Positions 29,480 through 38,114 of a DNA stretch of 47,359 bases are shown here, piece by piece (positions within the stretch are counted from its first letter, which is position 1; each line of letters opens with the position of its first letter). Below the pieces are notes generated by a model. That model was not told the DNA's origin and ran no database searches. It saw nothing but the letters and a program-made list of their open reading frames with translations. Made by a program: the position numbers and the translations under genes. The DNA comes from Eubacteriales bacterium. Its GTDB lineage: Bacteria > Bacillota > Clostridia > Oscillospirales > CAG-272. Location: positions 1 through 47,359 of the forward strand of contig JAZOOW010000103.1 of the NCBI GenBank assembly GCA_045655145.1, given 5' to 3'.

Positions 29480-29514
29480 GCCACCCGTGTGTCGTGAAAC
29501 GGCACACGGGTGGC
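29480..29514. terminator. Bidirectional terminator between polA and the kinase gene (hairpin family member B)
   Basis: AAAAAAAGA-GCCACCCGTGTGTCG-TGAAA-CGGCACACGGGTGGC-CTTTCTT. Confidence 0.8.
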
Positions 29515-29544
29515 CTTTCTTGCGCCGCGTGGCGCAGGAGCTTC

Positions 29545-30963
29545 TTAAGGCATATAGGTTTTGACCGCAAAGGAATCCTTGATCAGCAAACGCGCCTCTG
29601 CAAGCGAGGAAAGCTCTCCGCTTGCAAGCATTTGCACGGCAACATTGCCGATGGCAGTTGCCTCTCCGGGACCCGCCAGAACCGGACGCCCAATCGCGGC
29701 AGCGGTCAGCTCGTTCAGATACTCTGCCTGACTGCCTCCTCCGACGATGCAAAGCTCCGCAAAGCGCTCTCCCGTCAACGCCTCCAGCTGAGCAAGCGAT
29801 CGCGCATAGCAATCCGCCAGCGAATGATAGATGACTGCCGCGATCTCACCTACGGTCATCGGAATGGCCTGACCGCTTTCGCGGCAGGCGGCCTGCACCT
29901 CGGCGATCATGGAAGCGGGCGCAAGGAACCGGGTATCCTCTGCATCGACACGGGACGGGAATGCATCGCATGCACGCGCCATCTCGCAAAGCTCCGCGAA
30001 GGAATATTCCTCTCCCGCCGCCGCCCATTCACGGCGTGCGGATTGAATCATCCAAAGGCCCATAATGTTTTTAAGAAAACGATATTCACCGGCAAAGCCA
30101 CCCTCGTTGGAGAAGCCTGCCTCCATAGCCTCACGGCAAACGCAGGGCTCACGCAATGCCGTGCCAAACAGCGACCAGGTTCCCGAGCTGATGTATGCAA
30201 AGCGGTCCTCCGTGCAAGGAACGGCCACCACGGCAGAGGCCGTATCATGGCAGGCGGTGAGAACCACGCAGGTGTCAAAGCCTACCTCCTCCTGCACGCG
30301 GCTCGTAAGACGGCCGACGGCCACCCCCGGCATTACCGTGCGCGAAAAGATCTCGCCGGGCAAGCAAAGCTTGCCGATCAGCTCATAATCCCAGTTCTTG
30401 GTTTCGGCATCCACGAGCTGCGAGGTAGAGGCGTGTGTATATTCGCTCATGGCGGTTCCCGTAAGCAGATAATTGAAATAGCAAGGGATCGTCAAGAGCT
30501 GCTTGGCTCCTGCAAGAAGCAAGGGCTCCTGCTCGCGCAGGGCCGCCAGCTGATACACGGTATTGTACGGCTGGGTAGCAACCCCCGTGCGACGGAAAAG
30601 CTCTGCCGCATCCACCGTTTTGTGAACAAGCTCCGGCATCCCCTCTGTGCGTGCATCGCGGTAGGATACCGCATCCCCCAAGCGATCGCCCTTCTCGTCA
30701 AGAAGGACAAAATCCACGCCCCAGGTATCTACACCCATGAAGGACGGAGTCTTGCCAAGCTCCGCGCAACGGCGCATGCCGTTTTTGATCTCGGAAAACA
30801 ACCGCTCAACATCCCATACAAGGTGGCCGTCCTTTTCGACAACGCCGTTTTCAAAGCGGTAGATCTCCTCAAGCTTCATCACGCCGTTCTCGCAGTAGCC
30901 GAGAATGTGACGGCCGCTGGAGGCACCAAGATCGACAGCCAGATAGTAGATCGGTTTTTTCAT
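29545..30963 (-). CDS. FGGY-family sugar kinase, rhamnulokinase (RhaB)-like; probable L-fuculokinase by context
   Basis: RhaB-type motifs VDLGASSGR, DTWGVDFVLLD, YRDART, CHDTASAV, SSGTWSL, LKNIMGLW and IVGGGSQ. Adjacent to fucU and fucI. Confidence 0.8.
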   Translation of the reverse strand: MKKPIYYLAVDLGASSGRHILGYCENGVMKLEEIYRFENGVVEKDGHLVWDVERLFSEIKNGMRRCAELGKTPSFMGVDTWGVDFVLLDEKGDRLGDAVSYRDARTEGMPELVHKTVDAAELFRRTGVATQPYNTVYQLAALREQEPLLLAGAKQLLTIPCYFNYLLTGTAMSEYTHASTSQLVDAETKNWDYELIGKLCLPGEIFSRTVMPGVAVGRLTSRVQEEVGFDTCVVLTACHDTASAVVAVPCTEDRFAYISSGTWSLFGTALREPCVCREAMEAGFSNEGGFAGEYRFLKNIMGLWMIQSARREWAAAGEEYSFAELCEMARACDAFPSRVDAEDTRFLAPASMIAEVQAACRESGQAIPMTVGEIAAVIYHSLADCYARSLAQLEALTGERFAELCIVGGGSQAEYLNELTAAAIGRPVLAGPGEATAIGNVAVQMLASGELSSLAEARLLIKDSFAVKTYMP

Positions 30964-31398
30964 TCAGATAACACCCTTCTGTAAAATGATGTTTGCATAC
31001 AGTGCGCTCTCGCTTGTTGCGATCACCGCATATGCGCCGCGCGCCTTCTCATAAAAGGCAAAGCGCTCGATCTCACAGAATGCATCCGCGCCGCGCGCGT
31101 CCTCCGCGGCAACGATCTCACGGTAGGTATCCCAGATGGGTGTTTTTACAGGATCACCCGGTGTGACCTGCATAAGTCCTACCGGATGCGGCACGTAGGT
31201 GTCGAGGGGGAAGACCGAGAGAATGGCACGAAGAAGCTCGGGCGCGCCGTGACCGTCACAGCGGATCACCTTAGCATTCTTCCCTATCGATTCTGCAGGA
31301 AAATTGCCGTCGGCAATGACCAAATAATCACTATGTCCCATCTCGCAAAGCACACGAAGAAGCTCGGGTGAGAGGAGGGGAGAAATTCCTTTCAGCAT
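30964..31398 (-). CDS. fucU: L-fucose mutarotase (RbsD/FucU family)
   Basis: 144 aa. MLKGISPLLSPELLRVLCEMGHSDYLVIADGNFP... is typical of FucU. Confidence 0.88.
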   Translation of the reverse strand: MLKGISPLLSPELLRVLCEMGHSDYLVIADGNFPAESIGKNAKVIRCDGHGAPELLRAILSVFPLDTYVPHPVGLMQVTPGDPVKTPIWDTYREIVAAEDARGADAFCEIERFAFYEKARGAYAVIATSESALYANIILQKGVI

Positions 31399-31437
31399 AA
31401 ATACCTCTTTCCGTCGATGACGACTTTTCTAAAAATA

Positions 31438-31481
31438 CGGGAAGCGGCACCTGTTTTAGAACACACGGGTGCCGTTTCCCG
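31438..31481 (-). terminator. Stem-loop between fucI and fucU (hairpin family member C)
   Basis: On the - strand: CGGGAAACGGCACC-CGTGTGTTCTAAAACA-GGTGCCGCTTCCCG followed by TATTTTT. Possible internal terminator or attenuator. Confidence 0.55.
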
Positions 31482-31488
31482 TTTTTAA

Positions 31489-33285
31489 TTACTTCTTGAA
31501 TTCGGGGCCGTAGGCGGCGCAGGCACGGAAGTCCTGGCCCTCCTTATCCATACCAAATGCATTCCAAGCCGCAGGACGGAGGATCTTTTCCTCCGGCACG
31601 TTATGCATGCAAACGGGAATGCGGAGCATGGAGCAAAGCGTGATCAGATCGGCACCGATATGACCGTAGCTGATCGCACCGTGGTTAGCACCCCAGTTGT
31701 TCATCACGTCATAAGCCGTGCGGAAGGCACCCTCACCCGTCACGCGCGGAGCAAACCACGTGCAGGGCCATGTGTAGTCGGTACGCTTCCAAAGGATGTC
31801 GTTCACATCATCGGGGAGCGAAACCGTCCAGCCCTCTGCGATCTGCAGAACAGGACCAAGCCCCTTGACGAGGTTCAAACGAATCATCGTGCAGGGCATC
31901 TCGGTGCGGGTAACGAAACGGGAGGAATAGCCGCCGCCGCGGAAATAGCCGCAGTCGGCATAGTTCCAGGTGGTGTTCTTCATGACGGTGTCGGCATCTG
32001 CCTCGGTCATCTCGTACCACGGCTTCATGGTAGCATTGCCATCGGCATCCTTGACCTCACCGCAGGCATCCAGACATGCCGCACCCGAGTTGATCAGATG
32101 GATAAATCCGTCTGCCTCCTTGGCGTGTCCCGTCAGCTCATAGCCTGCCGCACGGCGGAGGGCATCTCCGCTCCAATAGGTGCGCACGTCGGCAAAGATC
32201 TGTGCACGGTTGGTGAGCAGCTTCATAAAGAGCATGCTGATGCCGTTGAGAACGTCGTTCTCGGTAGCAAGGATATACGGCTCGCGCGCACCGTTCCAGT
32301 CAAAGGATGTATTGAGCATGGCCTCAGCAAAGTCGCCGTTCGGATAGAAGTCCGTCCACTGACGCTGTCCCTGGAAGCCTGCCGCGATCGCATTGTGACC
32401 GACAGCCTCCTCCTCGGCACCCTTGGGCAGATTCTTGTTGCCGTTCATGAGATCCTTGATGATAATGGCCATTTTGACGACGAAAGCCCAGTCCTCATCC
32501 TTTCTCTCACGCGTTTTCTGCAGGAAATCGGGGTTCTTATCAAAGCCCTCGATGCAATGCTCCTTCGTCCATGCGAGCGCGCGCTCAAACTCGTCCTTAT
32601 CGTAGATCTCCTCCGTCATGCGGCGAATGATCTCGACCTCGTCAACAGACTCAACGCGCATGCCGAGATAATCCTCAAGGAAGTCATGGTCAATGATCGA
32701 GCCGCCGATACCCATGGTAACCGAGCCGATCTGGAGATAGGATTTTCCGCGCATGGTGGCGGCCGCTACTGCGGCACGGCCGAAGCGGAGAAGCTTCTCG
32801 CGCACATCAGCGGGGATCTCTGTATCCGTAGCGTCTTGTACGTCGTGTCCGTAAATACCAAAGGCAGGAAGACCCTTTTGTGCATGGGTAGCCAGCACGG
32901 AGGCAAGGTACACAGCACCCGGTCTTTCGGTTCCGTTAAAGCCCCACACGCCCTTGATGGTGTGGCGGTTCATATCCATGGTCTCCGCACCGTAGCACCA
33001 GCAGGGGGTAACGGTCAGGGTGATCGCAACGCCCTCGCGTGCAAACTTCTCCTCGCAAGCGGCGGCCTCTGCCACACGGCCGATGGTGGTATCGGCGATC
33101 ACGACCTCGACCGGCTCACCGTTCGAGTAACGCAGATTCTCACGGAAAAGGTCTGCGGCGGCACGCGCCATATTCATGGTCTGATCCTCAAGGGACTCTC
33201 TGACGCCCAGCGCGCCACGGCGACCGTCGATGGTCGGACGAATGCCGATTTTGGGGTATGCACCGATGTAGCGGTTTTCTGCCAT
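31489..33285 (-). CDS. fucI: L-fucose isomerase
   Basis: About 598 aa from [33 protein letters not shown]..., which matches FucI in length and N-terminus. ATG at 33285 after GAGGAA. Confidence 0.9.
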   Translation of the reverse strand: MAENRYIGAYPKIGIRPTIDGRRGALGVRESLEDQTMNMARAAADLFRENLRYSNGEPVEVVIADTTIGRVAEAAACEEKFAREGVAITLTVTPCWCYGAETMDMNRHTIKGVWGFNGTERPGAVYLASVLATHAQKGLPAFGIYGHDVQDATDTEIPADVREKLLRFGRAAVAAATMRGKSYLQIGSVTMGIGGSIIDHDFLEDYLGMRVESVDEVEIIRRMTEEIYDKDEFERALAWTKEHCIEGFDKNPDFLQKTRERKDEDWAFVVKMAIIIKDLMNGNKNLPKGAEEEAVGHNAIAAGFQGQRQWTDFYPNGDFAEAMLNTSFDWNGAREPYILATENDVLNGISMLFMKLLTNRAQIFADVRTYWSGDALRRAAGYELTGHAKEADGFIHLINSGAACLDACGEVKDADGNATMKPWYEMTEADADTVMKNTTWNYADCGYFRGGGYSSRFVTRTEMPCTMIRLNLVKGLGPVLQIAEGWTVSLPDDVNDILWKRTDYTWPCTWFAPRVTGEGAFRTAYDVMNNWGANHGAISYGHIGADLITLCSMLRIPVCMHNVPEEKILRPAAWNAFGMDKEGQDFRACAAYGPEFKK

Positions 33286-33347
33286 AATCATTTCCTCACT
33301 GTTCTTAAATTTGATACGCGGCACACGCCGCATGCTATCCTATTTTT

Positions 33348-33376
33348 ATTTTACCCTTTTCCCCCCTTTTTGTCAA
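33348..33376 (-). promoter_or_regulatory. Candidate promoter of fucI
   Basis: On the - strand: TTGACA (33376..33371), 17 nt, TAAAAT (33353..33348). Confidence 0.55.
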
Positions 33377-33632
33377 GAGCGTTCCCGAAAGTGTGCAAGC
33401 ATCTGACACTTTTTCAAAAAATCGCGCACGCGCGCGTAAAGCAAAAGGGCAAGACGGCGTGTCCAATCGTCCGGATGGATACGGAAACAGTGAGCATTTC
33501 CGGTATACATGCGGAACGGATTTCCGTCTAAATAAAATCCATTTTGCTCAAAGCTCAACCGTTTTTAGGAATGCGCCCCCTCCAACATCGGCGCATTTGC
33601 GATTTTAGCCTAAGTGGGCTCGAATAGGCAAG

Positions 33633-33669
33633 CCCCGTGTGTCGCGAAGCAATTTCGCGACACACGGGG
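33633..33669. terminator. 16-bp stem-loop after the DAHP synthase gene (hairpin family member D)
   Basis: CCCCGTGTGTCGCGAA-GCAAT-TTCGCGACACACGGGG, followed on the + strand by TGCCATTTTT. Confidence 0.65.
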
Positions 33670-33686
33670 TGCCATTTTTGAGTAAA

Positions 33687-34718
33687 TTACCATACATCAG
33701 CAAGATCAAGCACAAGACGCTCTGTCTTCTCCCATCCAAGACAGGGATCGGTGATGGAACAGCCGTAGCGTCCCTCTCCGATCTTTTGTGCTCCGTCCGC
33801 AAGATAGCTCTCGATCATCAGCCCCTTGACAAGGCGACGGATATCCGCATTATGGCGGCAGCTGTGCAGGACCTCCTTGGAGATGCGGATCTGCTCCTCG
33901 TAGCGCTTGCCGGAGTTTGCGTGGTTGGTATCCACGATGACAGAGGGGTTTTTTAGCTCCGAGCGTGCCGCAAAGGCCTCATAGAGGCGCAAAAGGTCCT
34001 CATAGTGGTAGTTCGGGTAGCTGTGTCCCAGCTCATCCACATAGCCGCGCAGGATCGCATGCGCGTAGGGATTTCCATCACTTTGCACCTCCCAGCCGCG
34101 ATAGATAAATGCATGGGAATGCTGGGCGGCGGTGATGGAATTCATCATGACAGCGATATCTCCGCCCGTCGGGTTCTTCATACCGACGGGAATATCAAGA
34201 CCGCTGGCGGTCAAGCGGTGCTCCTGATTCTCCACCGAGCGCGCGCCGATGGCAACATAGGACAGGACGTCGTTCAGGTAGCGATAGTTGTCGGGGTACA
34301 GCATCTCGTCCGCACAACCCATTCCCGTGTCCTGCAGGGCACGCATGTGCAGCTCACGAATGGCGACAATGCCCTTCAAAAGATCCGGCTTCTCGGTGGG
34401 GTTCGGCTGATGGAGCATGCCCTTATAGCCATCCCCCGTTGTACGCGGCTTGCCCGTGTAGATGCGCGGGATCATCAGGATGCGGTCCTTCACCTTGTCC
34501 TGCAGGTCACAGAGGCGGTGGATATAATCCAGCACACTCTCCTCCGCATCTGCCGAGCAGGGGCCGATCACAAGAAGAAGGCGCGGATCCTCTCCGCGAA
34601 AGATCGCGCGGATCTCGTCATCCCTTTTTTCCTTTATGGCTGTCAGCTCCGGCGTCATGGGGTATTGCTTTTTTACCTCCATCGGAATCGGGAGCTTACG
34701 GATAAAATTCATATTCAT
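33687..34718 (-). CDS. aroF: 3-deoxy-7-phosphoheptulonate (DAHP) synthase, AroF/G/H-type class I-alpha
   Basis: 343 aa with LLLVIGPCS, GKPRTT, IGARSVENQEHR, VDTNHANSGK and ITDPCLGW, colinear with E. coli AroG. Confidence 0.9.
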   Translation of the reverse strand: MNMNFIRKLPIPMEVKKQYPMTPELTAIKEKRDDEIRAIFRGEDPRLLLVIGPCSADAEESVLDYIHRLCDLQDKVKDRILMIPRIYTGKPRTTGDGYKGMLHQPNPTEKPDLLKGIVAIRELHMRALQDTGMGCADEMLYPDNYRYLNDVLSYVAIGARSVENQEHRLTASGLDIPVGMKNPTGGDIAVMMNSITAAQHSHAFIYRGWEVQSDGNPYAHAILRGYVDELGHSYPNYHYEDLLRLYEAFAARSELKNPSVIVDTNHANSGKRYEEQIRISKEVLHSCRHNADIRRLVKGLMIESYLADGAQKIGEGRYGCSITDPCLGWEKTERLVLDLADVW

Positions 34719-34732
34719 CGGGAATACCTCGC

Positions 34733-35593
34733 TTATTTCTTTTTATCAAAAAGGGCACGGCGTTCGGTCGAGTAGCGCATCATCTCACGCATACCCTCAC
34801 GGTCACCGGCGGCAAGCAGGGTGCAAAGGCGGTCAAACTCATCGCGGAACACCTGCATTTGCCGCAAAAGTGCCTCACGGTTTTCAAGAAACAGCTCGCT
34901 CCACATCTCATCGTTGAGGCGCGCAATGCGCGTCAGATCGCGGAAGGAGTCACCTGTGTAATCCTCAAGATGCGGGATCTGCTGACAGGTCATCAGCGAC
35001 ACGGCAAGGCAATGCGTCAGCTGGGAAACAAAGGCAATGATCTCGTCGTGATCCTCGGGTGACAGGTGGGATACCCGCGCAAAGCCCAGCTCATGACCAA
35101 GCTCCTCACAAAGCTCAATGGCCTCTTTTGTATTCTTCTCTGTCGGCGTGACCACATAATTGGCTCCGCGGAAGATTGAGGGATCGCTGTTCCGCACACC
35201 GCTGACCTCGCGGCCTGCCATAGGATGCGCCGCAATAAATTCAAGATCGGGACGCAGGATCGCCTGCACACGGCCGACGATATTGCCCTTGACACCCGTA
35301 ACGTCGGTCAGGATCGCACCCTTTTTCAGAAGCGACTGATTTTTTTCGATCCACTCCAAAAACACATGGGGGTACAGAGCAAACACCACAAGATCCGCTT
35401 TGCCGATCAAGTCGGCATCCGGCGTGGCCGCACCGTGGGAAATGATTCCGGCACCGATGCCGTAATCGATATCATTTTCCTTATCCGAGATGGCATCCAC
35501 CGTATATCCCTTCGCGGTCAGTGCCTGTGCATAGGAGCCACCGAGCAGACCAAGACCTACGATCAGAATACGCATGCTTTTATGCAGTTTCAT
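34733..35593 (-). CDS. tyrA: Prephenate dehydrogenase
   Basis: Rossmann motif ILIVGLGLLGGS and the HPMAG motif. GGAGG lies 9 nt before the ATG at 35593. Confidence 0.85.
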   Translation of the reverse strand: MKLHKSMRILIVGLGLLGGSYAQALTAKGYTVDAISDKENDIDYGIGAGIISHGAATPDADLIGKADLVVFALYPHVFLEWIEKNQSLLKKGAILTDVTGVKGNIVGRVQAILRPDLEFIAAHPMAGREVSGVRNSDPSIFRGANYVVTPTEKNTKEAIELCEELGHELGFARVSHLSPEDHDEIIAFVSQLTHCLAVSLMTCQQIPHLEDYTGDSFRDLTRIARLNDEMWSELFLENREALLRQMQVFRDEFDRLCTLLAAGDREGMREMMRYSTERRALFDKKK

Positions 35594-36797
35594 GCAGCTT
35601 TACCTCCACATCCAGCCTCCGCAGAAGCTCAAAATAGTCGGGCATGCTTTTTTTAACAGCCTCCGCACCGTCGATCACACCGCCCGTACCGATCAAGAGG
35701 GTGGCAAGTGCCATGACGATACGGTGGTCATTATGCCCCCAAAGGACCTCCCGCGGTGCGTGGAAGTCGGCAGGGTACACGACGATCGAGTCCTCATGCA
35801 CCGAAACAGAGGCACCGAATTTGGCAAGCTCCTCTGCCATAGCGGCACCGCGGTCGCTCTCCTTGATGCGCAGGCGGCGCGTTCCGCAAAAGACCGCGCC
35901 GTTTTTGGCGGCGGCCAGTGCCATGAGCACCGGTCCAAGATCGGGGCAGTCCCCGATGTGGATCGTGGGCATGCCGCGATCGATCATGGGATAAAAGCGA
36001 CGATAGGCGGCATCCCCCTGCAGGCTGTTCTTCGCAAGGCCGGAAACAGCCACCTCACCCCCTAAAAAGTTGAGTGCCTCAAAGAAGGCCGCCCCCGAAT
36101 AATCTCCCTCTACGGTAGCATCCAGCGCACGGTAGGTCTGTCCGCCGCGGATATAAAAGCGACACTCGTCGGGACGTGTGACCTCAATGCCGAAGGCAGA
36201 CAGTGCTTCCAGCGTCATGGCCACATAGGCGCGGCTCTCAAAGGGAGGGAGCACGGTAATGCTGCTATCCCCGTCAAGCAGGGGAAGTGCAAACAAAAGG
36301 CCACTGATAAACTGACTGCTGATATTGCCGGGAATGCGATATTCCCGTGCCACGAGCCGTCCGTCCACGGTCAATCCGTCCTCTGTGCGAGAGAAGGAAT
36401 GTCCATCCTCGGCGCAGATGCTCTCATACACCGAGAGCGGACGGGAAAAGAGCGTCTTGCTGCCCGAAAAGCGACGCTCTCCTGCACCCAGCAGACAAAG
36501 CGGAATGAAAAAACGGAGCGTGCTGCCACTTTCACGGCAATAAAGCGTATCGGCTTCAAGAGGGGTGCGGGGATCGCGCCCCTGTATGGTGATCACGTCA
36601 CCGTCACGGGTATAGGTGGCTCCAAGAGCCTCAAGGCAGGCAAGCGTGGCACGCATATCCTCCGAATCCGAAACACCGCGGATGACCGAGGTTCCCGATG
36701 ACAGACCGCCGCCGATCAAAAGGCGGTGTGCCATGCTTTTGGAGGGAGGTGCCCCGATGCTGCCAACGGGACGGGACGGGGTAAATTCAGCCTTCAT
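35580..36797 (-). CDS. aroA: 3-phosphoshikimate 1-carboxyvinyltransferase (EPSP synthase)
   Basis: 405 aa. APPSKSMAHRLLIGGGLS..., ...DHRIVMALA... Confidence 0.9.
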   Translation of the reverse strand: MKAEFTPSRPVGSIGAPPSKSMAHRLLIGGGLSSGTSVIRGVSDSEDMRATLACLEALGATYTRDGDVITIQGRDPRTPLEADTLYCRESGSTLRFFIPLCLLGAGERRFSGSKTLFSRPLSVYESICAEDGHSFSRTEDGLTVDGRLVAREYRIPGNISSQFISGLLFALPLLDGDSSITVLPPFESRAYVAMTLEALSAFGIEVTRPDECRFYIRGGQTYRALDATVEGDYSGAAFFEALNFLGGEVAVSGLAKNSLQGDAAYRRFYPMIDRGMPTIHIGDCPDLGPVLMALAAAKNGAVFCGTRRLRIKESDRGAAMAEELAKFGASVSVHEDSIVVYPADFHAPREVLWGHNDHRIVMALATLLIGTGGVIDGAEAVKKSMPDYFELLRRLDVEVKLHETA

Positions 36798-36842
36798 AGT
36801 TTCTCCTGTATAGGGTGCATAGATACAGGCACCCGTCTGTAT

Positions 36843-38102
36843 TCAAAAATCGTAGGATGCGGAAAAATCCGCGAGAATTGAAAGAACCGTTCCCTCCACA
36901 TCACCCTCGGTGACGGGGATACGGCAATCGGCGGTTCCGAGATAAAGCGGATACCGCTCCCGATAGCGTGCCTCCAGTGCCTCTCTATCCGAGGAAAGCG
37001 GGCGGGACGCTGTGGGGAGAATGGTTTCGAGAGGGCGGTCAAGGAAATAGACGCGGCCGCTCCGGTGCAGGGCGTTGCGGTTTTCCTCACGCAGAACAGC
37101 ACCTCCACCCGTGGAAATGACGGCACCCGTGTGTTGCGAAGCCACTTTTTTGAGCACACCCGCCTCAATATCACGGAAGCCTGCCTCACCGCATGCGGCA
37201 AAAATTTCGGGAATACTCTTCCCTGCTTCTCGCACGATCTCCTCGTCAAGATCTATAAACCGACGTCCCTCTCGCACAGCAAGAGCACGGCCGACCGTGG
37301 TCTTTCCGGAGCCGGGCATACCGACAAGGACGATGTTTTCCTTCTCGTGACACAGCTCTCCGTAGATGCGCGCCGTAAGGGGCGCAGGATCATCCGTAAG
37401 CGTGCCGAAATGTGCGGCGGCAGAAACCGCCTGCGCTACCAGCATATAGAGTCCCCCTGCCGCAGGAATTCCGCGCGCACGCGCCGCCAGAACAAGGTTG
37501 GTACGCAAGGGGTTATATACGGCATCCGCAACCAGGGAAAGCCGTGGAAAAAGCGCAAGGTCAACAGGGATACCGTCACTGTTTGGGTACATACCGACGG
37601 GAGTTGTGTTGATCAGTACCTCTGCATCACTGTGCGCGGAGATAGCCTCCTCATAGGTCAGGGATCCGTCCTTACCGCTTCTCCCCACGCGGAGGATGGG
37701 GGCGGCCCCCAATGCACGCAAAACCGCCGAGGCGGTCAGCGAGGTGCCTCCCGTCCCGAGGACGAGTGCTTTTTTCCCTTTCACGGGAACTGCCAGTCGC
37801 TCGATCAGCGCGCGCATACCGTCAAAATCGGTGTTGTAGCCGATCAGCTTGCCGTCACGCCGCACAACGGTATTGACCGCGCCGATCTCGGCCGCCACGG
37901 GGGCAAGCTCCGAGAGATACGGAATGACCGTTTCCTTATACGGAATTGTGACGTTGACGGCGTGAAAATCCTCCCGTGCCAGAAAGGCGGCTACATCAGA
38001 GGGGGCTACCTCACAAAGTGTATACGGGTAATCGCCGATGCGGCGATGGATCTCACACGAAAAGCTGTGCCCGAGATGCTCGCCAAGCAGGCCGTACATC
38101 AT
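36843..38102 (-). CDS. Bifunctional shikimate dehydrogenase / shikimate kinase (AroE-AroK fusion)
   Basis: The N-terminal ~255 aa are AroE-like (NVTIPYKE, GAVNTVV, GYNTDFDG, LGTGGTS). The C-terminal ~165 aa are AroK-like (P-loop VGMPGSGKTTVGR, DLDEEI, ISTGGGAV). Confidence 0.88.
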   Translation of the reverse strand: MMYGLLGEHLGHSFSCEIHRRIGDYPYTLCEVAPSDVAAFLAREDFHAVNVTIPYKETVIPYLSELAPVAAEIGAVNTVVRRDGKLIGYNTDFDGMRALIERLAVPVKGKKALVLGTGGTSLTASAVLRALGAAPILRVGRSGKDGSLTYEEAISAHSDAEVLINTTPVGMYPNSDGIPVDLALFPRLSLVADAVYNPLRTNLVLAARARGIPAAGGLYMLVAQAVSAAAHFGTLTDDPAPLTARIYGELCHEKENIVLVGMPGSGKTTVGRALAVREGRRFIDLDEEIVREAGKSIPEIFAACGEAGFRDIEAGVLKKVASQHTGAVISTGGGAVLREENRNALHRSGRVYFLDRPLETILPTASRPLSSDREALEARYRERYPLYLGTADCRIPVTEGDVEGTVLSILADFSASYDF

Positions 38103-38114
38103 ACTGTTTCTCCT

